In this document: positions 37,207 to 47,363 of the stretch, in pieces
How positions within the stretch are numbered: position 1 is the stretch's first letter
Layout: each line of letters starts with the position of its first letter
NCBI GenBank assembly: GCA_030629005.1
Contig: DAOVPV010000006.1
Span: forward strand, 3,472 to 67,471
Length of the DNA: 64,000 nucleotides
Direction: 5' to 3'
Source of the DNA: a bacterium
GTDB lineage: Bacteria > Babelota > Babeliae > Babelales > UASB340
Notes under the pieces: model-generated
What the model was told of the DNA's origin: nothing
What the model saw: the letters and a program-made list of their open reading frames with translations, nothing else
Database searches by the model: none
Position numbers and translations under genes: made by a program

Positions 37207-38298
37207 TTACTCCTGTAACAGGACCACATTCTCTTTTTGAAAGTAAAGATTAACAATATCATCATAATCTATAACTTCTTGAGGAAAGTGTTCTTCATTC
37301 TGCTCAAAAACAATTATTTTTTTTCCATTTTTTAACATAACAGTATATTGTGTAGAGCGACCATAATAAATAATATTCTCAACGCGTCCTTGCAAATGAT
37401 TAGAAAAACCTGAAATTTCTTTTTTACTTATAAATATTTTCTCAGGACGAACACTTACAAAAAGATTACAACCTAAAATCATCCAATTTTTTTGAGATTG
37501 AATAAAAACATAAACATTCCCAAGACCTTTCACTTCAACCATTGGTTGACCATCTTTTTCTAAAAGTTTTCCAGAAATTATATTTGTATTACCAACAAAA
37601 TTTGCAACAAATCTAGAAACTGGAAATTCGTAAATTTGCTTTGGCGTTCCTATTTGTTCTATACGCCCATCACTATTCATAATAGCCATCTTATCGGCAA
37701 CAGTTAACGCTTCGGCCTGATCATGAGTAACATAAACAAAAGTTGTTTTAAGCACATCTTGCAACTCTATTAACTCTATAAGTAATTTTTCCTTCAACCT
37801 CTGATCCAAAGCAGCTAAAGGTTCATCCAAAAGCAAAACCTCTGGCTGACTAATAATTGCACGAGCCAAAGCAACTCTTTGCTTCTGACCACCAGAAAGA
37901 CTTTTTATGTTTTTATTTTCAAAACCTAACAAATGCACCATTTTTAATACATCAAAAACGTTGTCTCTTATAATTATCTCTTTCTCTCGTCTAATTCTAA
38001 GACCGTATGCAACATTTTCAAAAACAGATAAATGCGGAAATAACGCATACTGTTGAAACACGGTATTTACTCGACGCTTATAAATTGGCTGATGAGTTAT
38101 ATCTTTATCGCCTAAAAAGATTCGTCCGGAATCTACAAATTCAAGACCTGCTATAAGACGCAAAATAGTTGTTTTTCCGCATCCAGAAGGACCAAGTAAC
38201 GCAAAAAACTTACCTGCAGGAATCTCCAAACTTAGACCAGAAACAATCTCTTCTCCATCAAAAGATTTAGTTACATTTTCAAATCGAATCTGCCTCAT
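37207..38298 (-). CDS. potA: spermidine/putrescine ABC transporter ATP-binding protein
   Basis: GPSGCGKTT, LSGGQKQRVALARA and a C-terminal TOBE-like domain are present. I placed the start at the ATG (MRQIRFENV) 6 nt after AGAGGA. The ORF is open back to a TTG at 38328. Confidence 0.9.
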   Translation of the reverse strand: MRQIRFENVTKSFDGEEIVSGLSLEIPAGKFFALLGPSGCGKTTILRLIAGLEFVDSGRIFLGDKDITHQPIYKRRVNTVFQQYALFPHLSVFENVAYGLRIRREKEIIIRDNVFDVLKMVHLLGFENKNIKSLSGGQKQRVALARAIISQPEVLLLDEPLAALDQRLKEKLLIELIELQDVLKTTFVYVTHDQAEALTVADKMAIMNSDGRIEQIGTPKQIYEFPVSRFVANFVGNTNIISGKLLEKDGQPMVEVKGLGNVYVFIQSQKNWMILGCNLFVSVRPEKIFISKKEISGFSNHLQGRVENIIYYGRSTQYTVMLKNGKKIIVFEQNEEHFPQEVIDYDDIVNLYFQKENVVLLQE

Positions 38299-38510
38299 GC
38301 ACATTCCTCTAAAAGAATTAGCAGCCAAGCAATACCAATAAAACCAAATTTAGTTTATATAATTTTTAAACCTTTGTCTTTCTAGTTTAAGAATCAAGGG
38401 ATTTCAGTTATTTCTTTATTTTTTTGCAAAAAAATCAATACCACTATGTCAAATAATGTGCAACATAAAATACTTAAATTTTTATAAAAGAAGTTGTAAG
38501 AAAAAAACGC

Positions 38511-41339
38511 TTAAAACGCTTCTCCAAAAGTCAAATACCATCCATACCGAATATCATCAGGCAAAACACTTTTCCACTTAAATCCCAAATCAAACCTTAT
38601 TGGCCCAAACGGAGTTTTGTATCTAAAACCAAAACCTGTAGATGGAAACCATTTTCCTAAAAAACCAGCTAATCCTGTTTGACTAAGAACACCAACATCT
38701 TGAAAAATAACTCCTCTAAATTTTTTATAAATTGGAAATCTTAATTCTATATTTGAATTAAACATTCCTCTTCCACCCTGCACACTATAACTTTTTTGCA
38801 GAACTCCATTGTCATCTAAATATTCTTGCATTCCATATGGAGGTAAGGCATCTTTGTCATAACCTCTTACCGAATAAGGCCCACCAAGAAAAAATCTTTG
38901 TGATGGTTGAATAGTACTAAAATCAGAATTTAAAATATGACCAAGCCTAAACCTTACAGCCAAAACTACCTTTTCAAAAATAGATTTAAAAAACGATTGC
39001 TCTAACATAACTTTTGCAGATGGTTTTCCTGTATACTCAGGAATCATAAATTTTAAAGATGCAAAAGTGATACTTCCACTTTTAATATCTAACTCGTCAT
39101 TTACTTTCTTTATAATAAAAGTTGGATTAATAAAAAAATATGGCAAAGTTCTATTTATAAAATTATCATCCAAATTAATATTACCTCTAACACGTTCTGT
39201 TTTTATCCATTCATTGCCCAAAACGGTTCTCCAATAATAATCACGTTTAAACTCATTATTAAAACTAACTAAAAAACCATTTTCTGTCGCTTGATAAGCC
39301 GATTCACTAACTCGGACTGCAACGGGATTAATAAATTTATTAGCATAAATCTTTGCTTTACCAATCAACCTGGAACCATTAAACTTTAAACCAAATGGCG
39401 AAAGAATTTTATATTCCAAATCAAATTTTCTTTCAAACCGAGTAAAATCAGCTTCTAAAGTTAATTTATCTAAATTATTAGTCGGGTTCTTAAAAATAAG
39501 AGCCGTTCCAAATCTATATGTCGAAGCCCGTTTGAATATAAAATTTTTATTAGTTAAAAAATAACCAAATCTAAATGCAGCCGTTACCGGATCTGAATCT
39601 GAAAGCGTCAACTTTACGGGAATAGTTTCTTCTTTATTACTAATGGCAATCGGATCTAATTCAAATTTTACAATTTTAAATATATCTAATTTTTTAAAAT
39701 TCTTTCTAGCTTTTTCTACTTTTTCAGCGTCCCAAACAGAATCTTTTTCAAAGTCTAACTCACTTAAAATAGTTTTAAATGGAACTTTAGTGTCACCCTT
39801 CAAAAAAACTGTACCAAATTTTATTTGCTTCCCTGGGAAAATTTTCCAATTCACAAATACATTTAATTTATTATCTATAAGTTCTTCTTTTAAATTTGCA
39901 AATACCTGTGCATACCAATATCCAACTTTTTGCATTTTTTTTAGAATATATTGCCGCTGCTCTTGCAACAAACCAAAATCAAATGGTATTAATTTTTTTT
40001 CATAATTTAATATTTGATATTTTTCTAAAAACTCTTTTTTATTGAAATAAGATCCAGCATCGACAGCAAAGCCATTTATGAATCGCGGCTTACCCTTTTT
40101 TACATTCATAATAATATCACAAGTATTCTTGGTTTTTCTTCGTTTAAAATCTTTACTTAATACTTTAAAATCCCAAAAACCATTTTTTAAATAAACTTGA
40201 ACTAATTTATTAATGAATTCATCTAATAAATCTTCATTAAATAATTTATTTTCTAAATTTTTTAGAAATAGTTCCTTACTCTGAAACAAAGAATTATTCT
40301 CATCTTTTATTAAAATTTCTTTTACAAAAACAGGCTCCCCCTCTTTTATGTTAAATAAAAAAGAGCCATCTTTCCTTTTACTGTAAAATATCACTGAATC
40401 CCAATAACCACGCTTATGATAAAAATTTAGTAACTCTTGGGCAACAATTTCTGGAGTAAAAAACCAAGAAGGATAATCTAAACCTAATAAATTCTCTTTA
40501 ATATATTTAGATGTAAACAGTTTATTGCCAATAAATTCCAATTTCTGATTTTTACCTAATAAAATATTAAAATCAAAATTTAAAAAATTATCATTCCTAT
40601 AAATTTTTTTTTTGACAGAAACTTTTGGTGAAACAAATCCTTGCAACTTGAAAAAATTAATTATCCTTCTTGCATATTTTGCTGTTTTTTCTTTCTTATA
40701 AGTCTTCTTTTTTAACTTTTTATTAATCTCACTTTTAAAATATTTATTAAAACTTTGAAAAACATCATCAGAAAGTCCCTTTGATTCTAAATTAAAACTT
40801 ATATTTTTCACAAAAAATTTTTTATTCTTTTTTACAGTTATATAAGCCGAAATTGTTTTATTTTTTTTATCATAAACAAGCTCATCGTAAACACTACAAT
40901 TTAAATACCCATCATCCATGAGCATTTGCTTAATATTTTCTACGGCTTTCTCATGTAACAAAATATCAAAAAAATCCCCGGGCTGCATTTTATAATGGGA
41001 ACTATAACTATGTTTTCCAAATAATATTTTTTTTATAACTAACTTTTTAAGAATCCAATTTGCAACTAAAGAAAAATGAACCGACTTCCCCTTATCCATT
41101 TTTTTTTCTTTTATTTTCACTCGCAAAAAACGTCCTTTAGCCTGCAAGTTTTGCTTCGCAATAAACAAATCTTGTTCTGATACAATATCCCCTTCACACA
41201 AACCAGTAAGATATAAAAACTCAACTTCTTCAAATTTTACATCACATGAATAAGAGAGTTTTTTTAACAAAAAACTCTCTTGTGCAAAACAGAATGGAAA
41301 TATTATAATTAACAATAAAATAAACTTTATTTTTATCAT
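38511..41339 (-). CDS. bamA: outer membrane protein assembly factor BamA (Omp85)
   Basis: A signal peptide and POTRA-like repeats are followed by a C-terminal beta-barrel ending ...YLTFGEAF, with the usual terminal aromatic residue. At 942 aa it is longer than typical. Confidence 0.85.
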   Translation of the reverse strand: MIKIKFILLLIIIFPFCFAQESFLLKKLSYSCDVKFEEVEFLYLTGLCEGDIVSEQDLFIAKQNLQAKGRFLRVKIKEKKMDKGKSVHFSLVANWILKKLVIKKILFGKHSYSSHYKMQPGDFFDILLHEKAVENIKQMLMDDGYLNCSVYDELVYDKKNKTISAYITVKKNKKFFVKNISFNLESKGLSDDVFQSFNKYFKSEINKKLKKKTYKKEKTAKYARRIINFFKLQGFVSPKVSVKKKIYRNDNFLNFDFNILLGKNQKLEFIGNKLFTSKYIKENLLGLDYPSWFFTPEIVAQELLNFYHKRGYWDSVIFYSKRKDGSFLFNIKEGEPVFVKEILIKDENNSLFQSKELFLKNLENKLFNEDLLDEFINKLVQVYLKNGFWDFKVLSKDFKRRKTKNTCDIIMNVKKGKPRFINGFAVDAGSYFNKKEFLEKYQILNYEKKLIPFDFGLLQEQRQYILKKMQKVGYWYAQVFANLKEELIDNKLNVFVNWKIFPGKQIKFGTVFLKGDTKVPFKTILSELDFEKDSVWDAEKVEKARKNFKKLDIFKIVKFELDPIAISNKEETIPVKLTLSDSDPVTAAFRFGYFLTNKNFIFKRASTYRFGTALIFKNPTNNLDKLTLEADFTRFERKFDLEYKILSPFGLKFNGSRLIGKAKIYANKFINPVAVRVSESAYQATENGFLVSFNNEFKRDYYWRTVLGNEWIKTERVRGNINLDDNFINRTLPYFFINPTFIIKKVNDELDIKSGSITFASLKFMIPEYTGKPSAKVMLEQSFFKSIFEKVVLAVRFRLGHILNSDFSTIQPSQRFFLGGPYSVRGYDKDALPPYGMQEYLDDNGVLQKSYSVQGGRGMFNSNIELRFPIYKKFRGVIFQDVGVLSQTGLAGFLGKWFPSTGFGFRYKTPFGPIRFDLGFKWKSVLPDDIRYGWYLTFGEAF

Positions 41340-41449
41340 AACGATTAAAAATCAACTTATATAAAAACATTTGTACAAAATAAAAATAAGTCTTTTTTAC
41401 TTACTAATCAAGATACAATATTTATATTATTTTTTTTTAAAATAAAGTT

Positions 41450-41737
41450 TTAGTGAGAATCTCCAATTACCCTAAAAATGCCCCTGAAGTCTGTTTCAAT
41501 CTGCACCGGCTCTATAATAACATCTTCAATCTTGGCCTTAGATGAACCTTGATAAACAACATCTATCAAATCATCAATCTTTTCTGAAGGACCACATACA
41601 AGAATCGCAACACTTCCATCTTCATTATTCTGAACTCGCCCTTCCAAAGCAAGCTTCTCCGCATGCTTTTGAACATAATGCCTGTATCCAACATCTTGAA
41701 CTTTACCGAGTACTCTTACCTTTATGCATCTCTTCAT
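41450..41737 (-). CDS. acyP: acylphosphatase
   Basis: 95 aa. VLGKVQDVGYRHYV...EGRVQNNEDGSV is the acylphosphatase signature. Confidence 0.85.
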   Translation of the reverse strand: MKRCIKVRVLGKVQDVGYRHYVQKHAEKLALEGRVQNNEDGSVAILVCGPSEKIDDLIDVVYQGSSKAKIEDVIIEPVQIETDFRGIFRVIGDSH

Positions 41738-41833
41738 TAAATCACCTTTCGGAACCTCTTTATTTAATAAACTATTCTGGTGCGTAAATTTAACAAAAGA
41801 AAAAAATAAATGTCAAAATTTTTTTTTAATAAA

Positions 41834-42994
41834 CTAGAAAAAGCTCTTATAAAGCCTAATATGATCTTGAACCATTGCACTACTTTTAAAATCAATTAAA
41901 TTATCCTGATAATTGCTCATCTGTTCATACTTTAATTTATCTTTTACCAATAATTTAATCCGACCAGACAAACTTTCCCAATCTCCTGCAACAACCAAAA
42001 AACCATTAACATCATTAAAAACAACCTCAGGAATTCCAGAAATTTTATACGCAATAACAGGCAACTTAGCCAGCCGTGCTTCTACTACTGCACACGGCAA
42101 CCCCTCCCACAAAGAGCTTAATACAAACAAGTCCCAACTATGCATGTACTCAGAAACATCATTTTGCCAACCAAGAATTTCTACATTTTTTTCTAAATTA
42201 TTTTTCAAAACAAATTCTTCTAACTCGTGACGCAAGATACCATCACCAACAATTTGTAGTAATATTTTTTTATTAAATTTTTCATAAGACAAATCATCTA
42301 ATAATTTTTTATAAGCACGCAATAAATCTATTAAATTCTTTTGAGGCTTAAAACAAGAAACCGTACCAACTACAAATTTATCTTTTTTTAAATTTTCTAG
42401 CTTCTTAGCAGGTATGTAAAATTTTTCATAATCAACGGCAGCATTTATTTTGCAAGATCGTTTTTTAAAAAAAGGAAATAATTTTAAACCTATATTTAAA
42501 TCAAAATCGGAAACACAAATAAACTTTGTTGTTATAAAGAATGTTGCAAGCTCTGCCAAGTAAATTATAAGCCAAACAATCTTATTTTGTCCGTCATGAA
42601 AACCAAAACCGTGAATAGTGTGAACTATATTTTTTACACCAGCAAAAAATGCAGCCCACCGTCCTAACATACCAGCTTTGGTGCTATGAGTATGAATAAT
42701 TAAATTGGGTTGTTTTTTTTTAACACTTTTTATAATCCTAATAAGTTTTATAAAAAGTTTAGCTTCGTTAAAAATATTTTTTATTCCAACTTCTCGCTTA
42801 AATTCAGATAACAAAAAAATAGATTCAAAATTTTTAACTTCACCAACAAGAGCACCTTCGTCTCCTGTTATAATGCCCGCAAAATCGCCGTTTTTATTTA
42901 AACCATTTAAAAGAGATAAGCAAACCTTTTGAGCTCCACCAAGTTCTAATTTGGTAATAATATATAAAACACTATTTTTTTTTGTATTCGACAT
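41834..42994 (-). CDS. glycosyltransferase family 4 (GT-B)
   Basis: The N-terminal GGAQK and the C-terminal EGLPCAVVEARLAKLPVIA (E-x7-E) are present. Confidence 0.85.
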   Translation of the reverse strand: MSNTKKNSVLYIITKLELGGAQKVCLSLLNGLNKNGDFAGIITGDEGALVGEVKNFESIFLLSEFKREVGIKNIFNEAKLFIKLIRIIKSVKKKQPNLIIHTHSTKAGMLGRWAAFFAGVKNIVHTIHGFGFHDGQNKIVWLIIYLAELATFFITTKFICVSDFDLNIGLKLFPFFKKRSCKINAAVDYEKFYIPAKKLENLKKDKFVVGTVSCFKPQKNLIDLLRAYKKLLDDLSYEKFNKKILLQIVGDGILRHELEEFVLKNNLEKNVEILGWQNDVSEYMHSWDLFVLSSLWEGLPCAVVEARLAKLPVIAYKISGIPEVVFNDVNGFLVVAGDWESLSGRIKLLVKDKLKYEQMSNYQDNLIDFKSSAMVQDHIRLYKSFF

Positions 42995-42997
42995 AGT

Positions 42998-44275
42998 TTA
43001 AAAATTAAACGCTAATTGACCACCAACGGTATACGTCTTAATAACTCGTTTTCCAGACACCGGCAACTTTGTAAATAAACTTATTTGCGGCATCATTGCA
43101 TAATTACTTTTCTCTTTAAAGAAATCAAAATTTAACTGAAATATAAAATCTTGGGTATTCCATTCTTGTAAGCGCTCTGCCGAATTAATAATACTATAAT
43201 CAAACTTATTTGACTCTGCCGTAAACTTATCTGAATCATGTTTTAAATATTGATAAGCTATTTTGACTGTGACAAATTTTCCAAATTTCTTTTGCATAAA
43301 CAAATTAAATTTCCAAGAAATTCCTTGACTCAAAGTTGCTTTACCCTTATGCAATAATAAAAAATCAGTTTGATTGATATCTGTTTTTAACCTATAAGTA
43401 TCTGAAGTATCAAACACAAACAACAGGTCAAACTCAAGGCCAGCTTTAAACTCTCTAATAAAATGCAAATCTATTGCTGCACCAACAGGAACACCCCAAG
43501 CTCCATTATTACCCATAGGTAAGTCTAAAATCTTGTCTGAATTAATTCTATGTCCAGTAGGCGCGCTCAAGCCCAATCTAAAATTTAACCTAACATTTTT
43601 TAAATGATCTTTAATTTGTTTATAGTCATTATACCACCAAATTTGTGTGACAATGTCTGATATACCAAATCTTTCAAATCCATCAAGACTTAATCCATCA
43701 CCCAAAGTGTAGATGTTATTAAAAAAAGAATCGGTCAAGTTTTGATGCACATCCAAATCTGCAACCAAAACACTTTTTGTAAGATCTCGCCAAACAACAT
43801 TCTTAATTTCCATCTGACTAAACGGTACATGAACATATAAATCAAAATTACCCGGTATCGTTTTTATTGGTAATTTATACTTTGCAAGCAAATTTAAATT
43901 TGTCATCTCAAACTCACCATCAAGTTCAAAGTGACCACGGACACCATCATCTGTTGCAGGACTGTATGCAGGTAAAAATAAAGTCGCTTTTTCATAAATA
44001 GCACTGCCAGGATCCGCGCCCAGTAACATCGCTAAACTGGATTCAGTTGCATTATACAATCTTAGTAAACCAGATTTATTTTCCCACAAATTCCAACTAT
44101 CTTTTGTACTACCATGTTCTATATTTGCGCCAAACAAAAACTTTTTAGGTTCACAGTCTGGCAATCTCCAGTTTATATTATATGGTGTATAAAAATTTGT
44201 TGGTGCATATGCAAATACCAAATTAAAACTGCTTAGCCCAAGAAGTGCGGTAAAAATAAATTTAAAATTTTTCAT
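42998..44275 (-). CDS. putative outer-membrane beta-barrel protein
   Basis: The signal peptide ends ...NLVFA-YA. The sequence has an alternating amphipathic pattern and ends ...GGQLAFNF, with a terminal Phe as in OMPs. Confidence 0.65.
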   Translation of the reverse strand: MKNFKFIFTALLGLSSFNLVFAYAPTNFYTPYNINWRLPDCEPKKFLFGANIEHGSTKDSWNLWENKSGLLRLYNATESSLAMLLGADPGSAIYEKATLFLPAYSPATDDGVRGHFELDGEFEMTNLNLLAKYKLPIKTIPGNFDLYVHVPFSQMEIKNVVWRDLTKSVLVADLDVHQNLTDSFFNNIYTLGDGLSLDGFERFGISDIVTQIWWYNDYKQIKDHLKNVRLNFRLGLSAPTGHRINSDKILDLPMGNNGAWGVPVGAAIDLHFIREFKAGLEFDLLFVFDTSDTYRLKTDINQTDFLLLHKGKATLSQGISWKFNLFMQKKFGKFVTVKIAYQYLKHDSDKFTAESNKFDYSIINSAERLQEWNTQDFIFQLNFDFFKEKSNYAMMPQISLFTKLPVSGKRVIKTYTVGGQLAFNF

Positions 44276-44291
44276 TATAACTATCCTTTAT

Positions 44292-47213
44292 TTACTCACT
44301 AACTCTAATTCCCCAATCTCCAGGAATTACCCAACCTCCAGATGCTGTATTTAATGCCATTAATCCAATATTATGTGCACTACTTTCTAAATCTAAATTA
44401 ATATTACTTTCTGCTGTCCTTATAGAACTTTGATCAGAAATCATTCTTATTGATCGTAAAAATTGCGTTTTATCAAAATGTTTGGAAAGCATACTAAAAC
44501 CTAAAGCTCCATCTGTTACAAAATTAGATCTAAGCTCACCAATAGAATAAAAATAATCTGTTCCTGAATTTTCTTTTATTGCAGTAATTAAACCATTTTG
44601 AACATTAAATCTATACACTGTAGCCATATTTAACGAAAAATCTGTAGCCAACACATATAAATTACCATTTGTTGTGTAACCACCCTTTTGTACGTCCACA
44701 AAGCTTAAATGTGAAACCGGCTTGGAAAGAGCCGTACCTGAATTTAAATTAACCCTTGTCCAAACAGGAGTTTTATTTCCTGGAGCATCAATTATAATAT
44801 TAGAATAAAATAAACCATGAGTTGTCGCCACTAATAAACGAGTATCTCCGGCACCACCAGCATCTCTATGAAAAACAATCATATCTAATAAATAACCAGG
44901 AGGTGGTGTTATATCATCTTCCGCTAAAACAGCAGAAACCGGGTCATCAAATTTATTAGCAGCCATAACAAATCTATAAATTTTATCCAAAGTCATTACA
45001 TTACAAAAACCACCACTAATAAATATTTTTCTTATATTTGAAAAATCGCCGATTTCTTTAAATGTCCAACCTGCAACTGTAGCTAAATCAACCACCGCCT
45101 GATTTACTCGACCATCCCAACCGTTACCGTCGGCCTGACGTAATACAGCTAAACCATTATAACCACCAACAAAGATCCAACCTTTATTTTCTTCTTGAAT
45201 TCTAGAAACATCTGCGCAACAAATTGGACCAATGTCACTTAAAGCTTGACCACTCAAAATAAATGTATTCTGGCCACCGCCCGTTTTTTCGAATAAATTT
45301 GTTGGAGTGAATGCATTATTTCCATCAGCAGCACCACTTTGAATTAATGCTATTTTTTTATATCCAAGAGCAGCCATAAAGGACATCCTATCTGCCGCAG
45401 CGGTACGAGCAATACTTGGAGTATATTCATCAAAATTAAACATCTGGTGCACACCTGCATTAACTTGTATAAATTCATCTCTTAAAATTTCAGTTAATCC
45501 ATTACCCATCAAACCACTCAAAGCTTTACCTTTTCCCCATTGCGTAACTTTTGCTGTATTTATATTTGCACCATCATCAGTTAAATACCAATAATTTGCT
45601 CCGGAAATATCAAAACCAAAACCATAAACCTTATCAATATTTCCCATTACACGTTGCCACGGAGACCAAATTCTAATTTTGCCATTAGAACTAAAAATTG
45701 CAGTACTTTTAAATATTCCCGACTCATTTACAGCAATATTTCGCGTACCTTGTAATGCAACAAAAACAGTATCATTTACAATGTAAATATCAGAAACAAT
45801 ACCATCGTCAGGAATTGGCAAATCACCACCACCAACAATAGCAGCAGCATCTGTAGATAAAGTCATATCTGCATTAGAAGCCACAACGGCATCATAATTA
45901 TTTTTCTTTACAACTTTACCAACATTTTCAACAGGTGTCACAGTTGTACCATCACTCAATTTTGTGCCAAGAATTGGTAATGCATAAACTCTATTCTTTT
46001 TATCAGTCGCATCAAGCGAACTATCACTATTTACTATCAAATAATTTTTATTAGTACTTGTAACCATAGTTTTCAACTTAAAAGTATCACAATGAGCATC
46101 TGCGGCAGCACCCGCAGCCTTATAAAAAGCAAATATCTTTGTTGCATCATCAAGGCCTGGGTCAAAAATATTCTGCGATAAAATAACAACTGGCTCAATT
46201 TTTAATGCACCGGCATCGTCAAACCTACCAACTAAAATAGATATACCACCACCATCCAAAGTATTATTATCACGCTCGACACTTTTAAGACCAATAAATA
46301 ATCTTTTCAAAGTTGAGTCCCAATACATATCACCAAGATCAACAGTATTTTTTGCATTTTGAGTTATTGCAAAAAGAACACCTTGAGTTAAATCAAATTT
46401 AAAAGCCAAATTACCGGCCTTGTCACCGGTTTGAGCATTTATCGGCTTTAATTTGCTTTCTTCTTGAATTAAAACAGCAAATCCAGCATTGCCATCAACA
46501 AAATTATTTGCATTAGATTTTACTGCTGCAATAATTTTGTCTAAACTTGCAGCAAGACCAATAACACCAGCAGTTGTTTTAAGAGTTGCATCTGAATCAT
46601 TAATTTCTATAATATTAGTTTTTACAGAACTACCATCTGCCAAATCATCTATCAAACAAACACATTTACCTGCGCCAATAGGATTACCACCAAAACCACC
46701 GTCTACAGTAGTTGCATCACTTAAAGTCAAAATAGGATTCCTGACCTGCAACGTCAATTTATCAACACGCTTGTTATAAATAGGATTATTTTTTTTAACA
46801 GCTTTTTTATTTTCCTTGATGCCATTAAGATATGCAGTTATTGCTGCTAGTGGTAAAAATTCCAAACTATTAAGATCGGGTGAAGAACCTAAGTTTAATT
46901 TTATTCTTACAAGAGCTGAAGTTCCAGGTGTAGCCGAACTAGCTCCTAAATAAAAATAGTCAGCCGCAGCAAAAGCATTTGCAACAAAATCTACGGTACC
47001 AACAGCGGCTAAATATCTCGTAGCTTTTTCGTCACCATCTTGAACATTAATGTTTGTTAAAAATTTAACATTTTGAAATTCTTCCGGAGTTTCTATTTTT
47101 GAATCTTCGTTTTCTGAAAAAACAAAACTTGGAACTTTAGTAGAGATAGAAGATTTTATAAATATTGGAAAAAAAAGATATAGAACTAGTATTGAAAATA
47201 TTCTAAACTTCAT
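44292..47213 (-). CDS. large secreted/surface protein (973 aa), G/A/T/N/D-rich, possible beta-propeller
   Basis: It has a signal peptide and no TM helix. Motifs of the type GxxYxxT/GLFxS recur. No family recognised. Confidence 0.75.
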   Translation of the reverse strand: MKFRIFSILVLYLFFPIFIKSSISTKVPSFVFSENEDSKIETPEEFQNVKFLTNINVQDGDEKATRYLAAVGTVDFVANAFAAADYFYLGASSATPGTSALVRIKLNLGSSPDLNSLEFLPLAAITAYLNGIKENKKAVKKNNPIYNKRVDKLTLQVRNPILTLSDATTVDGGFGGNPIGAGKCVCLIDDLADGSSVKTNIIEINDSDATLKTTAGVIGLAASLDKIIAAVKSNANNFVDGNAGFAVLIQEESKLKPINAQTGDKAGNLAFKFDLTQGVLFAITQNAKNTVDLGDMYWDSTLKRLFIGLKSVERDNNTLDGGGISILVGRFDDAGALKIEPVVILSQNIFDPGLDDATKIFAFYKAAGAAADAHCDTFKLKTMVTSTNKNYLIVNSDSSLDATDKKNRVYALPILGTKLSDGTTVTPVENVGKVVKKNNYDAVVASNADMTLSTDAAAIVGGGDLPIPDDGIVSDIYIVNDTVFVALQGTRNIAVNESGIFKSTAIFSSNGKIRIWSPWQRVMGNIDKVYGFGFDISGANYWYLTDDGANINTAKVTQWGKGKALSGLMGNGLTEILRDEFIQVNAGVHQMFNFDEYTPSIARTAAADRMSFMAALGYKKIALIQSGAADGNNAFTPTNLFEKTGGGQNTFILSGQALSDIGPICCADVSRIQEENKGWIFVGGYNGLAVLRQADGNGWDGRVNQAVVDLATVAGWTFKEIGDFSNIRKIFISGGFCNVMTLDKIYRFVMAANKFDDPVSAVLAEDDITPPPGYLLDMIVFHRDAGGAGDTRLLVATTHGLFYSNIIIDAPGNKTPVWTRVNLNSGTALSKPVSHLSFVDVQKGGYTTNGNLYVLATDFSLNMATVYRFNVQNGLITAIKENSGTDYFYSIGELRSNFVTDGALGFSMLSKHFDKTQFLRSIRMISDQSSIRTAESNINLDLESSAHNIGLMALNTASGGWVIPGDWGIRVSE

Positions 47214-47363
47214 ACTGACCCTTTTTTTAACTATTCAATTTTTAAAAAATTATTTCATTAAGAGACTATAGTAATACATCTTTTTGTTAAGCTCAATTAG
47301 AAAACAAAGATTTTATAACATATAAAATATCTTTTAATTTTCTGCAGAATAAAACTTTAGATA

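Noticed and set aside
47043-47087. Possible degenerate, opposite-polarity copies of the 21-nt repeat in the 973-aa gene. AACATTTTGAAATTCTTCCGG is read as PEEFQNV, and the perfect palindrome AACATTAATGTT is read as TNINV.
   Set aside because: Identity to the consensus is only about 15/21 and there is a one-base shift in the second case. In an AT-rich coding region I cannot separate this from chance. I did not count it among the copies.
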